This document shows, one piece after another, positions 1 through 12,137 of a stretch of DNA of 64,000 nt. The first letter of the stretch is position 1. Each line of letters begins with the position of its first letter. Position numbers and translations under genes: made by a program. Origin of the DNA: Mobula birostris (taxonomy: Eukaryota); assembly GCF_030028105.1 (NCBI RefSeq), contig NC_092370.1, positions 40,310,643 through 40,374,642 on the forward strand. The letters are read 5' to 3'. A model generated the notes under the pieces. It did no database searches. It saw only the letters and a program-made list of their open reading frames with translations, and had not been told where the DNA came from.

Positions 1-137
1 TTTTTTTGTTTGATATTTTTCTTTGAACGGGTTGGTTCCATGGTTGTTCTCCATTTCGAGACTGTCTGTGGGGAAGATGAATTTCAGGGTCATATACTGC
101 ATACATAGTTGATAGTAAATATGCTTTGAACCCTGAA
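1..137 (+). mobile_element. 3' end of non-autonomous retroelement with Rex1/Babar-like tail
   Basis: Reverse-complement match to about 2590-2715; ends in a TTGAAC-type tail. Confidence 0.6.
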
Positions 138-1302
138 TTTTATCTTTGTATTCGCTGTCTGAAAGACATAACAGTTAACAAGAAGTTACTAATTAATAAT
201 TACATTGTGCTCATGTTTGGAGTTCCATTTTCGTGGTGTTTGTCCATGAAATATTTTGGATGGTCATCAGCAAACCATTAATTCAAGAACAGAACATTCA
301 GAATGACAGTATTCAAAGCTACCTTGGAATATATATTTTTAAAAATTACGATTTTAAACTCATGGTTTTTGGCAAAGATGGTAAATCTTTCATTGAACCA
401 GTTGCAGAATATACAAGACACGGCAAAATTTTATCAATGTGAGTAATTACCACAAATAGAAAACTTACGTTACAAGGTATGGAAGTGATAATCTCCTTTA
501 TAAATAAGTGTCGTCATTACCCAGAAAGAACCTGACGAGGAAAGCAAGGAAGTTGGAAGACAAGAGCACTGAAGTATGTTTAGGCTTAATACATTTACCT
601 TAGATTTGGATCTCCTTCTTGTCTACAGACCTAATGATATTGTCAAAGTTTACACTATAATTCACATTTAAAGTAAAGACAATGTATGTGAATGCTATGT
701 GATGTAATTATATCCTTTGGTAGCAAAGTTTCTCCTCAGTATTGAGCTGCAAAGGAACTCCAAGCCCCCAGTGTGCTTCAGGGATAGCAGGCATAAAGCC
801 TTTCAATGAGATCATGGCCTTAGCTCCACTTTCCTGCTGGTTCACATGGTTCCTCAGGGGACCCAAAACCTGTCTGTCTCGGGTATGCGTAATAACATCA
901 TTGCCAACAGCCATCTCGTTCAATGCCCTCAACTCTCTGGAATAGATGATTCTGAAGATTCACACACTCCATCAAAATTTCCTCCATCTTTATCTTTAAA
1001 GAGTGACCCCATAATGGGGAAAACATCACCTTAGCATCTGTCCTCTCATGCCACCGACGCTGGTGTATATTTCAGTAAGGTTGGAACTCATTCATCCGAC
1101 AAGCATATGAATATATAAGCAGGAGTTGAGCCTTAAGTCTGCCTCGTATCTCACTATGAATATAGCTGATTCCTGCCTGCCTCAATTCTTAAGTTCTTTG
1201 GCATTTCAAATGTTTATCTATTTTAACCTTAAATATCTCCAACCACCCTCCCCCCACTATCGGCTGGGGCAGACAATTCCAGCTATTCATTACCCTACCC
1301 TA

Positions 1303-2248
1303 AGGGATTAAAAGTAACATTAGCAAATTTGCAGATGACGCAAAACTGGGTGGCAGTGTGAAATGTGAGGAGGATGTTATGAGGATGCAGAGTGACTTGG
1401 ACAGGCTGGGTGAGTGGGCAAATGCATGGCAGATGCAGTTTAATGTGGATAGATGTGAGGTTATCCACTTTGGTGGTAAGAACGGGAAGGCAGATTATTA
1501 TCTAAATAGAGTCAAGTTAGGAAAAGGGAAAGCACAATGAGATCTAGGTGTTCTTGTACATCAGTCACTGAAAACAAGCATGCAAGTACAGCAGGCAGTG
1601 AAGAAAGCTAATGGCATGCTGGCCTTCATAACAAGGGGAATTGAGTATAGGAGCAAAGAGGTCCTTCTGCAGCTGTAAAGGGCCCTGGTGAGACCACACC
1701 TGGAGTACCGTGTGCAGTTTTGGTCTCCAAATTTGAGGAAGGACATTCTTGCTATTGAGGGAGTGTAGCGTAGGTTCACAAGGTTAATTCCCGGGATGGA
1801 TGGACTGTCATATGTTGAAAGATTGGAGCGACTGTGCTTGTATACACTGGAATTTAGAAGGCTGAGAGGGGATCTTATTGAAGCATATAAGATTATTAAG
1901 GGATTGGACACGCTGGAGGCAGGAAGCATGTTCCCGCTGATGGGTGAGTCCAGAACCAGAGGCCACAGTTTAAGAGTAAGGGGTAGACCATTTAGAACGG
2001 AGTTGAGGAGAAACTTTTTCATATGGTGGATATGTGGAATGGTCTGCCCCAGAAGGCAGTGGAGGCCAAGTCTCTGGATGCTTTCAAGAAGGAGATGGAT
2101 AGAGCTCTTAAAGATAGCGGAATCAAAAGTTATGAGGATAAGGCAGGAACTGGATACTGATTGTGGATGATCAGCCATGATCACAGTGAATGGCGGTGCT
2201 GGCTCGAAGGGCGGAATGGCCTGCTCCTGCGCCTATTGTCTGTGGTCT
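1303..2248 (+). mobile_element. CR1 (HER1-like) LINE, 5'-truncated RT C-terminus and 3' UTR
   Basis: SKFADDAKLGG, WQMQFNVDRCEVIHFG and RRLRGDLIEAYKI motifs; several stop codons. Confidence 0.92.
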
Positions 2249-2589
2249 ACCAGTCCAGTAAGTATATTGCCTTTGTTCACAAAGCAGCTCCTTAATCACA
2301 GTAATCAACCTGCCTTGTGCTTGATTGCCAAATTAAGACTGTAGTGTCATACAAGTACAAACTGGGTGTTTTTAGAATATGTTTACGTTCTCTGGACTAA
2401 CTACTTGTCAGCTGTAATCTCTGTGGCAACTGAAGGCTGTCCATGTATAACATAATGGGAGGTCAATTATATTTTCGTTAACAGTGATCGGAGTTAGAAG
2501 GTAGATACGGTTGTGTCTAGTTATTACTGATTTGTAAAATTGAAGGAATTACATGTACATGTGTAATTAATAATGTGTCTGGCAACTTC

Positions 2590-3310
2590 TTCAAAGATTC
2601 AAACTATAATTATTATGAAAGTATGTATGCATACAACCCTGAAATTCGTCTTCCCCAAGGACAGCCAGGAAACAAAGAACTATGGAACCAACCCATTCAA
2701 AGAAATTATTTTAAAAAATTAAACTCCCCACGCCCCCCAGACACAAAAAATCATGCAAACGGCAATAAAAAAGAGTGAAAACACAGAATATAAAACTCAA
2801 AATTAGAAGGCGTGTTGCAGTTCAGCTCAGTGTTCATTATCTGCATGCCACCCCGATTCAAAAGTTGCCCAAAAGTAGCGGCCAGAAGTAGTTCACATCA
2901 TACACCTGAACTGGAGTCAAAATAGACAAAGCGTGGCAATGAAACCTTGCTCTGGTACCCTCCTCCAACAGCATGTAGGGTGAGAGAGACCATTTGAACA
3001 CAGGGACCTTCCCTCAAGAGCAGTGAGAGAGACAGAGAGAGAGACTGTCAAACGCAGACACCCTCCTCCGGCGGCAGTGAGTGCTGAACGCTCGCTTGGC
3101 CTTCGCACACATCTTGGTGACTTCAGTCGTCTCCAGTGCTTTCATCGGCGAGAGATGGAGCCGATCATGGGCTCACACCCCATATCCTGGCTTCCTGGCC
3201 GTCCTGCCACACTCTTTCATTGCAGCCTCATCAAACCCTCTCGGAGATAGCAAAGCGCCAGATCGTCCGACTAGCCTGAAGGTGCGCCACCAGAATGTCA
3301 CAAGTGAAGA
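2590..3310 (-). mobile_element. Non-coding, non-autonomous retroelement with Rex1/Babar-like 3' tail
   Basis: Tail resembles that of the coding Rex-like copy at 32599-32680; GC-richer non-coding body; second copy at 1-137. Confidence 0.55.
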
Positions 3311-3319
3311 TCATAAAGA

Positions 3320-3560
3320 GTGTGTTTTGCTCAGTTTTGTAAATTGGTTCATAGAATATAAAAGCAGGGAGGTTTGTTGAATCTTTACAGAGCATTATCT
3401 GTACAATAGCTGGTGTTTTGAAGCATTAGCTCCACACTTTAGGAGGGAGGTAAGGGTTCCAGAAAGGATTTAGAAGCCATTGGCTGGATTGATTTCAGGG
3501 ATTAAGCTTTAAAGTTAGACCGGAGAAGACGGGATTGTTCTTGGAGCAAAGAAAGACAAA
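3320..3560 (+). mobile_element. Old CR1 fragment
   Basis: FVNWFIEYKSREV matches the CR1 ISRGIEYKSREV region; highly decayed. Confidence 0.55.
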
Positions 3561-5127
3561 ATGTGCGTTAAGTATTGTAACAGATAATTGATATTTTACA
3601 TTGGTCATCTCAAGGATCTTTTCTTTGTTCAGAATTTATTGTGTTTGATGTACATGAGAAATATGATTACAACACCCAGCAAAAATTGAGTGTTCCAGGC
3701 TAAAGCCATATTTCATCATGTTAATTTTCACGGAAGAACAGAGTGATATTTCAGAAATGATTTGACTTAACTGTATGGAGCATTATGCAAAGACTTTTGC
3801 TTCTGACATTATTATGCTGTATCCATCAGTTATTCCAGCTGCAATCAAAATATAATCTCTTTCTATATGCCTATGTATATCACTCGCTATAAATAACCAG
3901 TGATTGTACAATTAGTTACATCTCTAGTGTCTTCAAAGATTGTAACACCTTTTGAGTATTGACCTAACTTTAATTATTTCAAATATGTATTCCGACAAAT
4001 ACAGCTGTTACAAAGTTGAAAGGGATGCAGCTTGGCACAGCCTTAAGATGTTTGTGTTCAGTCAAGTAATTCATTTTGATGTGATACCTACTGGCAGGAT
4101 TTCATGGTGAGTTCTACATCTTTGACAGATATCAGCCCTGTCGACCAGTACTTCTAAATTTTGTTTGAAGGGAACACCAGAAAAGGATTTTTCTTTACCT
4201 TCTGCTTTTCCTGTTGCTGGAATAAAACCCCTGCCAACAACCATCTAAATCAATGCCATATCAGCATGCTCCTTAGTCCGAAGGTCATTCCAACATCTGG
4301 CCACACAGTCTTGTCCTTTAAGGTTTTTGATTGGGCAGCATCTGTTCAGAGGTCCCATTTTCAACCTCCCTTTGATTACTTTGACAGTAAAAAGAAGCTT
4401 CTATTACATTTGACATGCTAACAGTCAAACTTCAGAATGTATTTATGATGAACACAAGGAATGAGTTAAGTAGTTGTGTACTTTAGAGAATAACAGGTTA
4501 ACTAAATAAGCTATTACCATTTAATTATGGGAAAGTAAAATTAATTTGTAGAAGTTTTGTTCTCTTAACAATATGTTGACGTATCAATGTATCTAGGTCT
4601 TAAACTGGGGAGAATCAGAATCGGGTTTAATATCACTGGTACGTCATGAAATTGGAATATCTACTTAATATTAAGACATTTAAATAATATAAGTAGTTCA
4701 GCAAATGTTGTTTGCCTGTAAAGTATTGGTTGTCTTTTTTTTGGGAAGTAGGGAGAGTTAAATAATATTGTTGTTAAGATGTTACCTGCTTATATATATT
4801 TCACCATGATTTGCAATGTGGCCCCTTACCTTTGTAAAACAAGCTTGCATATATGCCTACCTAACTGTAAATCCAATTTCTTTTTCTATATAAAAAAAAG
4901 TAGAATACTTCAGAAGCTGGAAATCTGAAGTAAAGACCAGGAGCTTTTGTGGAAGTAGTGACACAGCTGATGAAGGCCTGCAGAAAGGATGTTTATTTCA
5001 ACGGAGGTGGCACATTGGAAGTTTGGAGTTCCTCTGCAGGCTTGAAAATTGACAGGCTCAATACTGATGAATAACAAAGGATATAATTATATCACAGAAC
5101 ATTCACATAAATGGCTTTCACTTGAAG

Positions 5128-5372
5128 CATAGCAATTAGCATAACACTATTAGAGCACCAGCAACCCGGGTTCAACTCCACCGCTGTCTGTACAAAGTTT
5201 GTATGATCTCCCCGTGACTGTGTGGATTTTCTCTGGGAGCTCCAGCTTTTTCCCCACTCTCTAAAGATGTATGGCTAGTTATTAGGCTAATTGGTCACAT
5301 GGGTGCAATTGGGTGCCACAGGCTTGTTAGGCCGGAAGGGCCTGTTTCCATACAGTATCTCTAAACAATAAA
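5128..5372 (+). mobile_element. V-SINE (HE1-like) with CR1-type tail
   Basis: tRNA-like head with B-box GGTTCAACTCC, V-domain-like core, tail ggccggaagggcctgtttcc shared with CR1 3' ends. Confidence 0.75.
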
Positions 5373-5984
5373 CTCCTACGTTCGTACCTACAATAGAGAA
5401 GAAGTGCATTGTCAGTAAATTGGGATGTCACTTCTCGAACTAGGCAAGAACTAGTCAAGAGCAAAACAATAGATAATGGGGTTCTATAGGCAGAAAATGA
5501 TGGAGGCACACAGTGGACAGAACAGATAGTCAGTGAGCTTGTAAAGCACAAGGTCTCAATCATTTGCTCTATGCATGCAATGCTTGAAGATCTTTCTGAG
5601 AAGAAACGTTAAAGTTTGTGTCCCAGGAGAAGTTAGTAAAAACCCCAGCAGGAGAAAGGTAATACTGGTACTGGCCACAGGGCTGGAGGCATTTGAGTCA
5701 TCATGAAATTTATCAGCACCCTGAACAAGATACGTCTATCATGAGGTTATTGTCAAAACTTTGCTGTGGTATTTTAACCCAGTGCCTTCAGATATTTGAG
5801 AGTCAGGGTCTCATCTTTACAACTGGATCTGAGAATGTGTGGTCAAGCTATATACACGTGAAAAATGCAATTTCAAGTGAGGCACTAGAGGAGCATTTGG
5901 TGTGTGAACTGCTTGATGAGGTAGTTCAGATGGAGTTATTTAACACAGAGACTTATTGAAAAAGTATCTTGTGCTTTCCTGGCG

Positions 5985-6126
5985 TATATGGCGAATAAAC
6001 TCTTCTTGGGCTTCCAGCCGGGTTCAGGTATCGATTATAACTGACTCTGATGGAATTATAACAAACACTGCCATCTTCATCAGGGGTGAAACCTGGGTAT
6101 GTCTAGTCCAGTGGTATTTATACCCT
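5985..6126 (-). mobile_element. Terminal fragment of a second PLE family with a degenerate hammerhead
   Basis: Minus strand reads CTGATGA-A-GATGG...CCATC-AGAGTC (stem II present, GAAAC damaged); otherwise unrelated to the adjacent pLTR. Confidence 0.5.
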
Positions 6127-6179
6127 TTCAGTACGCTGGATGAACTCAGCGGGTCGGGCAGCATCAGTCAGGAACGATG

Positions 6180-6215
6180 AGTCGACGTTTCGGGCCGGAA
6201 TCCTTCGTCAGGACT
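6180..6215 (-). ncRNA. Minimal type I hammerhead ribozyme motif in PLE pLTR
   Basis: AGTC-CTGACGA-AGGATTCCGGCCC-GAAAC-GTC-GACT: intact core, AGTC/GACT stem I, one mismatch in stem II. Confidence 0.75.
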
Positions 6216-6363
6216 GAAGAATGAAAGATGGGGAAGGATTTGAAGAATGCTTGTAGCGTCAGTTGATAGGCCAGTAATTTGAAAGACAAAGGGGTGGGGG
6301 GGGGGGAACATTGACATCATAGCCCTGAAAACAATGGGTGGTAGAAGGAGGAGGCGGAACCAT

Positions 6364-7227
6364 GACTCTCATAACTACCTCGACTATACCTCTTCCCACC
6401 CCGCCACATGCAAAAATGCTATTCCCTATTCCCATTTCCTCCATCTCCGCCGCATCTGCTCAGAGGATGAGGCTTTCCATTCCAGGACATCTCAAATAGC
6501 GTCTTTCTTTAAGGATCGTGGTTTCCCTTCTACCATCATCAATGATACCCTCACCTGCATCTCCTCCATTTCCCGCACTTCGGCCCTCACCCCATCCTCC
6601 CTTCACCACAACAGGGACAGAGTTCCCCTTGTCCTCACCTACCACCCCACCAGCCTCTGGATCTAGCACATTATCCTCCGCAACTTCCGCCACCTTCAAC
6701 AGGACCCCACCACTAAGCACATCTTTCCCTCTCCACCCCTCTCCGCTTTCCGCAGAGATCAGTCCCTCCGCAACTCCCTTATCCACACGTCTACCCCCAC
6801 TGATCTCCCACCCGGCACTTATCCCTGTAAGCGTAAGTGCTACACCTGTCCCTATACCTCATCTCTTGCAACCATTCAGGGCCCCAAACAGTCCTTCCAG
6901 GTGAGACAACACTTCACTTGTGAGTCTGTTGGGGTCATCTATTGCATCCGGTGCTCCCAGTGCGGCCTCCTCTACATTAGTGAAACCCGACACAGATTAG
7001 GGGACCGCTTCGTCGAGCACCTCCACTCTGTCCGCCGCAACAGACAGGATCTCTCGGTAGCCACCCACTTCAACCCTGCTTCCCATTCCCATTCAGATAT
7101 GTCCATACATGGCCTCCCCTATTGCCATGATGAGGCTAAGCTCAGGTTGGAGGAGCAACACCTCATATACCGTATAGGTAGTCTCCAGCCCCTTGGTATG
7201 AACATAGAATTCTCCAACTTCCGGTAA
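6364..7227 (+). pseudogene. PLE ORF remnant: RT C-terminus, CKRKCYTC linker, GIY-YIG endonuclease
   Basis: Single frame with one TAG at 6664-6666. YLDYTSSHP, RRICS, VIYCIRCSQCGLLYISET..RFVEH..VATHFN..EQHLIYRIGSLQPLGMN. Confidence 0.9.
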
Positions 7228-7434
7228 TTCCCTCCCCCTCCCTTCCTCTATCCCTATTTCATTCTACCCCCTCCCCCAGCTCCCTCATGGTTCCGCCTCC
7301 TTCTTCTACTACCCATTGATTTCAGGGCTATGACGTCAATGCTTCCCCTCCCCCACTCATTTGTCTTTTAAATTACTGGTCTTTCAACTGACGCTACAAG
7401 CATTCTTCACGTCCTTCCCCATCTTTCATTCTTC

Positions 7435-7470
7435 AGTCCTGGCGAAGGGTTCTGGCCCGAAACGTCGACT
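7435..7470 (+). ncRNA. Minimal type I hammerhead ribozyme motif (core mutated)
   Basis: AGTC-CTGGCGA-AGGGTTCTGGCCC-GAAAC-GTC-GACT: A>G in the CUGA core, stem II intact. Confidence 0.65.
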
Positions 7471-8695
7471 CATCGTTTCTGACTGATGCTGCCCGACCCG
7501 CTGAGTTCATCCAGCGTACTGAAAGGGTATAAATACCACTGGACTAGACATGCCCAGGTTATTCAGAGAAATCAGCGGCACAAAATTACTGTGCCATGCC
7601 AATGGTGGGACAGCAAAAATCCAATTGACAAAAGTGGCACAAACCACAGGTGAGCAATTATTAAGTGCAATCCCATAGGTATGTTGAAGCTACATTTTGT
7701 AGTATACTCACAGGAGATCCTGCAGGCTGGGATGTGTTGTCTTGAACTGGTTGGTACAGGGCCATGGCAAGTAGCTCTAGTGATTGTGGCTCAGAGGGCC
7801 AGAAAGACCTATTCCATGCTGTGTTTCAATAAATCAATTAATAAAATTCAGCTATTTACTAGCATTGTTCTTATTCATATCTGAAAGCTTCATCAGAAAA
7901 AAAATCTGCATTCTAACCTTTTAGGTACTACAGGTAAAATACTTAAATACAGGGCAAAATCATTGACTCTATAAGGAAAGTATGTTTTGACTGTTTGTAA
8001 AGGAAGATGAGCTACTGCAGGTGCTGGACGAACCCAGAAGGCTAAGCAGTACCTGTGGAGGAGAAAAGGGTCTTGAAATTGACTAGGAACAGGAAGCAGA
8101 ACAAGTTTTCCATGTAGGCAACAAGAAAGACGGACATAGCTAAGGCCCAAGCTAGTAGCTGTCTTTCTTATGGGATGTGGCTGTCTTGTCTGAAGGCTCA
8201 TCATGGGTATAGTGTACAAGGTTGCCTTTTTTATGCTGAACTCTCAAATACTCATATACAGTATGCACAATGTTAAACTTCCAAACTTCTTGTGACAGGG
8301 GCTTGGGGCTTGCCTTACAATCTCCGGGCAGTATATTTTACTGAATCAATTTGTTGTCCTGTGGAGAAATTTCAAAGGTTATTCTGACAAAATGAAACAT
8401 ATTTGAGCCATTTCCCCACCGTACAAAATTAAACAAAGCTTAACTGTAGTTCCTATTCTGCTCTGCTTTCCTTGTTACCAGATTACAATCACTGAGTTTC
8501 TGTTATCACGCAAAATAAAACAAATATCAGGAAATAGTATTTTAAAAAGTAACATCTAAACATTGTTGGATATTTGGAGCTACTTGGTGCTGATGTTTTT
8601 TGTTTGAGTAATTCATTAGCTTTTTGGATTTCCTCTGTTGACAATAGTGACTGCATTTTACCAAGATTAGAAAATCTACCTTAAACTCTTCATAG

Positions 8696-9035
8696 CAGCA
8701 CACACAAAATGCAGGAGGAACTCAGCAGGTCAGGCAGTATCTATGGAGATAAATAAACAGTGGATGTTTCGGGCTGAGATCCTTCTTCAGGACTGGGAAG
8801 GAAGGGGGAAGATGCAAGAATGAAAAGGTGGTGAGAGGGGAAGGAGGACTAGCTAGAAAGTGATCAGTGAAGCCAGGTGGTGGAAAAGGTAAAGGGCTGG
8901 AGAAGAATGAGTCTGGTAGGACAGAAAGGTGGACCATGGGAGAAAGGGAAGAAGAAAGGGCACCGGATAAGAAGTGATAGGCAGCTGAGGAGATGAGTAA
9001 GAGGCCAGAGTGGGGAATAGCAAGAGAAGTGGGAG
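8696..9035 (-). mobile_element. PLE pseudo-LTR/3' UTR fragment with hammerhead motif (8759-8794)
   Basis: acacacaaaatgc..ggaggaactcagcaggtcaggcagt terminus; minus strand CTGAAGA..GAAACATC. Confidence 0.8.
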
Positions 9036-9207
9036 TCTGTACTTGCCATGTGCTCTTTAGCTCAGTAAGTGTTTCATATGTAATTGTGCATGTGGTGCTT
9101 GGATAAAGGTGGAGGAAGGATAAATTTGATTAGATGTTAGGCAACAAGGTATCATCAGAGGAGGGTACCATGCCATCTGGATACCTGATCCATGGATATC
9201 AGGACCT

Positions 9208-9800
9208 ATCGTAGAACCGGACAGCACAAAAATATGGGCCATTTAGGTCCACCTCCCTATACTGCTTGTGATGCCCATCTCTGCTAATCCTATTTACCGG
9301 TTCAAATATCTTTTAAAGGTTGTAAATATATCTGCCTCTACCCCTTCCTCCGGTTGCTCATTCCAGATAGCCATCAGCCTCTGTGTGGAATGTTACCCCT
9401 TGGGTCTCTTAAATTCTCTCCCTCACCTTAAGCTTGTGTTCTCCAATTTTAGACTCGACTGCCCTAGTAAAAATGATTCCGGCTATCTACCTTATACTTT
9501 TTCTCTCTCCTATTAGATCACCTCTCAGCCTGCTCTGTTACAGTGTGAATAAACCCAGCCTCTTCAATCTGTCCTTATAATTACAGCCTAATACTCCAGG
9601 CAACATTCTGGTGAATCTCTTGAGCACTCTCTCGATTCCTACCATATTCTTCCTGTAGTGTTGTGACCAGAACAAATATAGTCTAATCAATGTTTACTGC
9701 AGCTTCAACATGATGTCCCAAATCTTACACAAAGTGCCTCATTCTGTGAAAGGCAAGCATACCAGATGCATCCTTCACCTCTGAGCCACTCTCAGCAAGC
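9208..9800 (-). mobile_element. Old CR1 3' fragment
   Basis: Decayed similarity to the other minus-strand CR1 copies (agatcacctctcagcc, caacattctggtgaatct, tgtgaccagaac). Confidence 0.65.
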
Positions 9801-10094
9801 TGTGCACTTGGACACAAGGAGGGATACTTCCTTCAGAGACTACGACCACAAGAAGACAATCGCAGATTGTGTCACATGCTCTTGAAGGAGTAGTTATTGA
9901 TAGTTAAAATCCTTTGATCGTTTTTGCAATAGGTAAGGTGTGGAGGAATGGAAAGTGTTTTGCAAATCCTTATCCTCCCCCTAGTCTTCAAAAAAAGATC
10001 TACCCTTGGGGGACTCAGGGAAGGAAAGATGGTGCAAATCATCTTAATGTTGCATTGCTTGACCTTTGACAGATCTGAGCATACTTATCACTTA

Positions 10095-10654
10095 GCTGTG
10101 TGGTGAAAAAAGCACAACAGCACTTCTTTCACCTCAGACGGTTGAGGAAGTTTTGTATGGGTCCCCAAGTCCTAAGAACTTTCTACAGGGGCACAATTGA
10201 GAGCATCCTGACTGGCTGCATCACTGCCTGGCATGGGAACTGTACCTCCCTCAATCACAGGACTCTTCAGAGTGGTGTGGACAGCCCAGTACATTTGTAG
10301 CTGTGAACTTCTCATGATTCAAGACATTTGCAAGGACAGGTGTGTGAAAAGGGCCCATAGGATCATTGGGGACCTGAGTCACCCCAACCATAATCTATTC
10401 CAGCTGCTACCATCTGGAAAAGGGTACTGTAGCATAAAAGCCAGGACCAACAGGCTCCGGGACAGCTTCTTCCACCAGGCCATCAGACTGATTAACTCTC
10501 ACTGATTTGAGTGTATTTCTATGTTACATTGACTGATCTATTTATTATAAATTACTGTGATTGCACACTGCGTATTTAGATGGAGATGTAATTTAGAGAT
10601 TTTTACTCCTCATGTATGTGAAGGATGTGAGTAGTAAAGTCAGTTCAATTCAAT
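10095..10654 (+). mobile_element. Rex1/Babar-like LINE 3' fragment
   Basis: KKAQQHFFHLRRLRKF..FYRGTIESILTGCITAWHGNC and LLPSGK..RTNRLRDSFFHQAIRLIN; (CAATT)n tail. Confidence 0.85.
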
Positions 10655-10883
10655 TAACTCACTGTGATTCATAGTACTTTGGATTCTGATGAGCCACCTT
10701 CAGGATTGTAACACTCCAAGGAATTAATTACCTCATGACAGAAGAAAATTGAATAAAAGGGGAACTCAAGAAATAGGGAGGCGAAAGAAGTCAGTTCTTG
10801 TATTTCTGTAGTGTCTTTAACTTTGGAATCTTCTAAAGTTCTTTGTAGCCTATTTTGAAATGCATTCACTGCTCCAAATTAGG

Positions 10884-11226
10884 AAACATAGAATCATAGA
10901 AAACCTCCAGCACAATACAGGCCCTTCGGCCCACAAAGCTGTGCCAAACATGTCCTTAGAAATTACCTAGGGTTACCCATAGCCCTCTATTTTTCTGAGC
11001 TCCATGTACCTGTCCAGGAGTCTCTTAAAAGTCCCTATCACATCTGCCTTCACCACGGTCGCTGGCAGACCATTCCATACACTCACCACTCTCTGCATAA
11101 AAAACTTACCCCTGTATCTACTTCCAAGCACCTTAAAACTGTGCCCTCTCCTGCTAGCCATTTCAGCCCTGGGAAAAAGCCTCTGACTATCTACACGATC
11201 AATGCCTCTCATCATCTTATACACCT
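10884..11226 (-). mobile_element. CR1 3' fragment, (TTCTATGT)-tail subfamily
   Basis: YKMMRGIDRVDSQRLFP..RGHSFKV..WNGLP; near-identical to 24778-25140. Confidence 0.88.
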
Positions 11227-11244
11227 AAAACATGATAACTAACC

Positions 11245-11500
11245 TTCACACAACAAGCTCCAACAAATAGCAGTGAAATAAGTGACAAATAATTTCTTTT
11301 AGCTATTGGTTAAGACAATCAGTTACGTCCACCGGGGAGGGGGCAGTCAGAGTGTCAGTAAGGACAGATCATCTGACTTCAACATGCTCTAATTTCTGCA
11401 CAAAAGCACCATCCTGCAATATGTTTTGAAATCTCTGGAATGAGGTATCCTGAACCCATGATAATTGAGTTTTAGAATGGGAGTTATTTTACTGCTTACA
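11245..11500 (-). mobile_element. Ancient DeuSINE-like SINE remnant
   Basis: Patchy resemblance to the recalled Deu-domain consensus (ttacgtccacc, tctctggaatg..tgaaccca). Confidence 0.4.
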
Positions 11501-12137
11501 AGCTATGGTGATCTGCCTCTGAATTTGTTCCGTTCTGGATATCTGTCTTCTACCCTCCAGAACAGTGTTTTCTGAATTCTGCTATTCACATTCTAAATGA
11601 CACCAAATCACATTCACTATCAGTTCAGTTAGTCCTTAGTCCATAGATTTCAATATTTTCATCCTTTTCAAATCACTCTGTCCTTGCTATGCTCTGCCTC
11701 TATTGGCTTCACACCCCTCAATATTGTCAAGACATTTCCTCAGGTGAATTGGCACAGAATTACATGGGTGTCATCATCTTGACTGCCATGTTCATTTTCC
11801 GTGCCAATTTCTGTCAGTTCTCAGCTGCTTGGGATTCCTTCAGTATTTTCACAGGGGATCCACAGCGTACATACTAAGTTTGCTGAGGTTCAGCATAGTT
11901 GTATTCCCAAACTGATTTCCTGAATTAGTGAACTATAAAAACTGGTGATTAGAGCTTCACATTTGTACTTCTCCAATCATGACATTCTCAATAATTTCTT
12001 TCCATTTTAACCAATGTCATCTGCAGGTGGAGAACACTATTAATAATACAAATTCCGGCCTAATAATTCGTTGCATTTAGAAATTTCAACGTCCAGAAAT
12101 TTAGAAATCTGGATATAAAATATAGTACTGGGAAATG

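Larger units (their letters stand above)
6127..7523 (+). mobile_element. Penelope-like element (Neptune-type), 5'-truncated, with inverted pseudo-LTRs
   Basis: RT thumb, Cys linker and GIY-YIG frame flanked by inverted repeats 6090-6365 / 7285-7560. Confidence 0.92.

Noticed and set aside
233-442. 69-aa ORF ending near a GTGAGT donor-like site
   Set aside because: No recognisable homology or acceptor; not a P450 N-terminus.
1561-2184. 207-aa minus-strand ORF and similar ones (43244-43612, 28710-29003, 6460-6786)
   Set aside because: Antisense shadows of CR1 or PLE coding sequence.
5128-5190. tRNA genes at SINE heads (also 19512, 44968)
   Set aside because: A/B-box-like heads run directly into V-domain SINE bodies; no complete cloverleaf.
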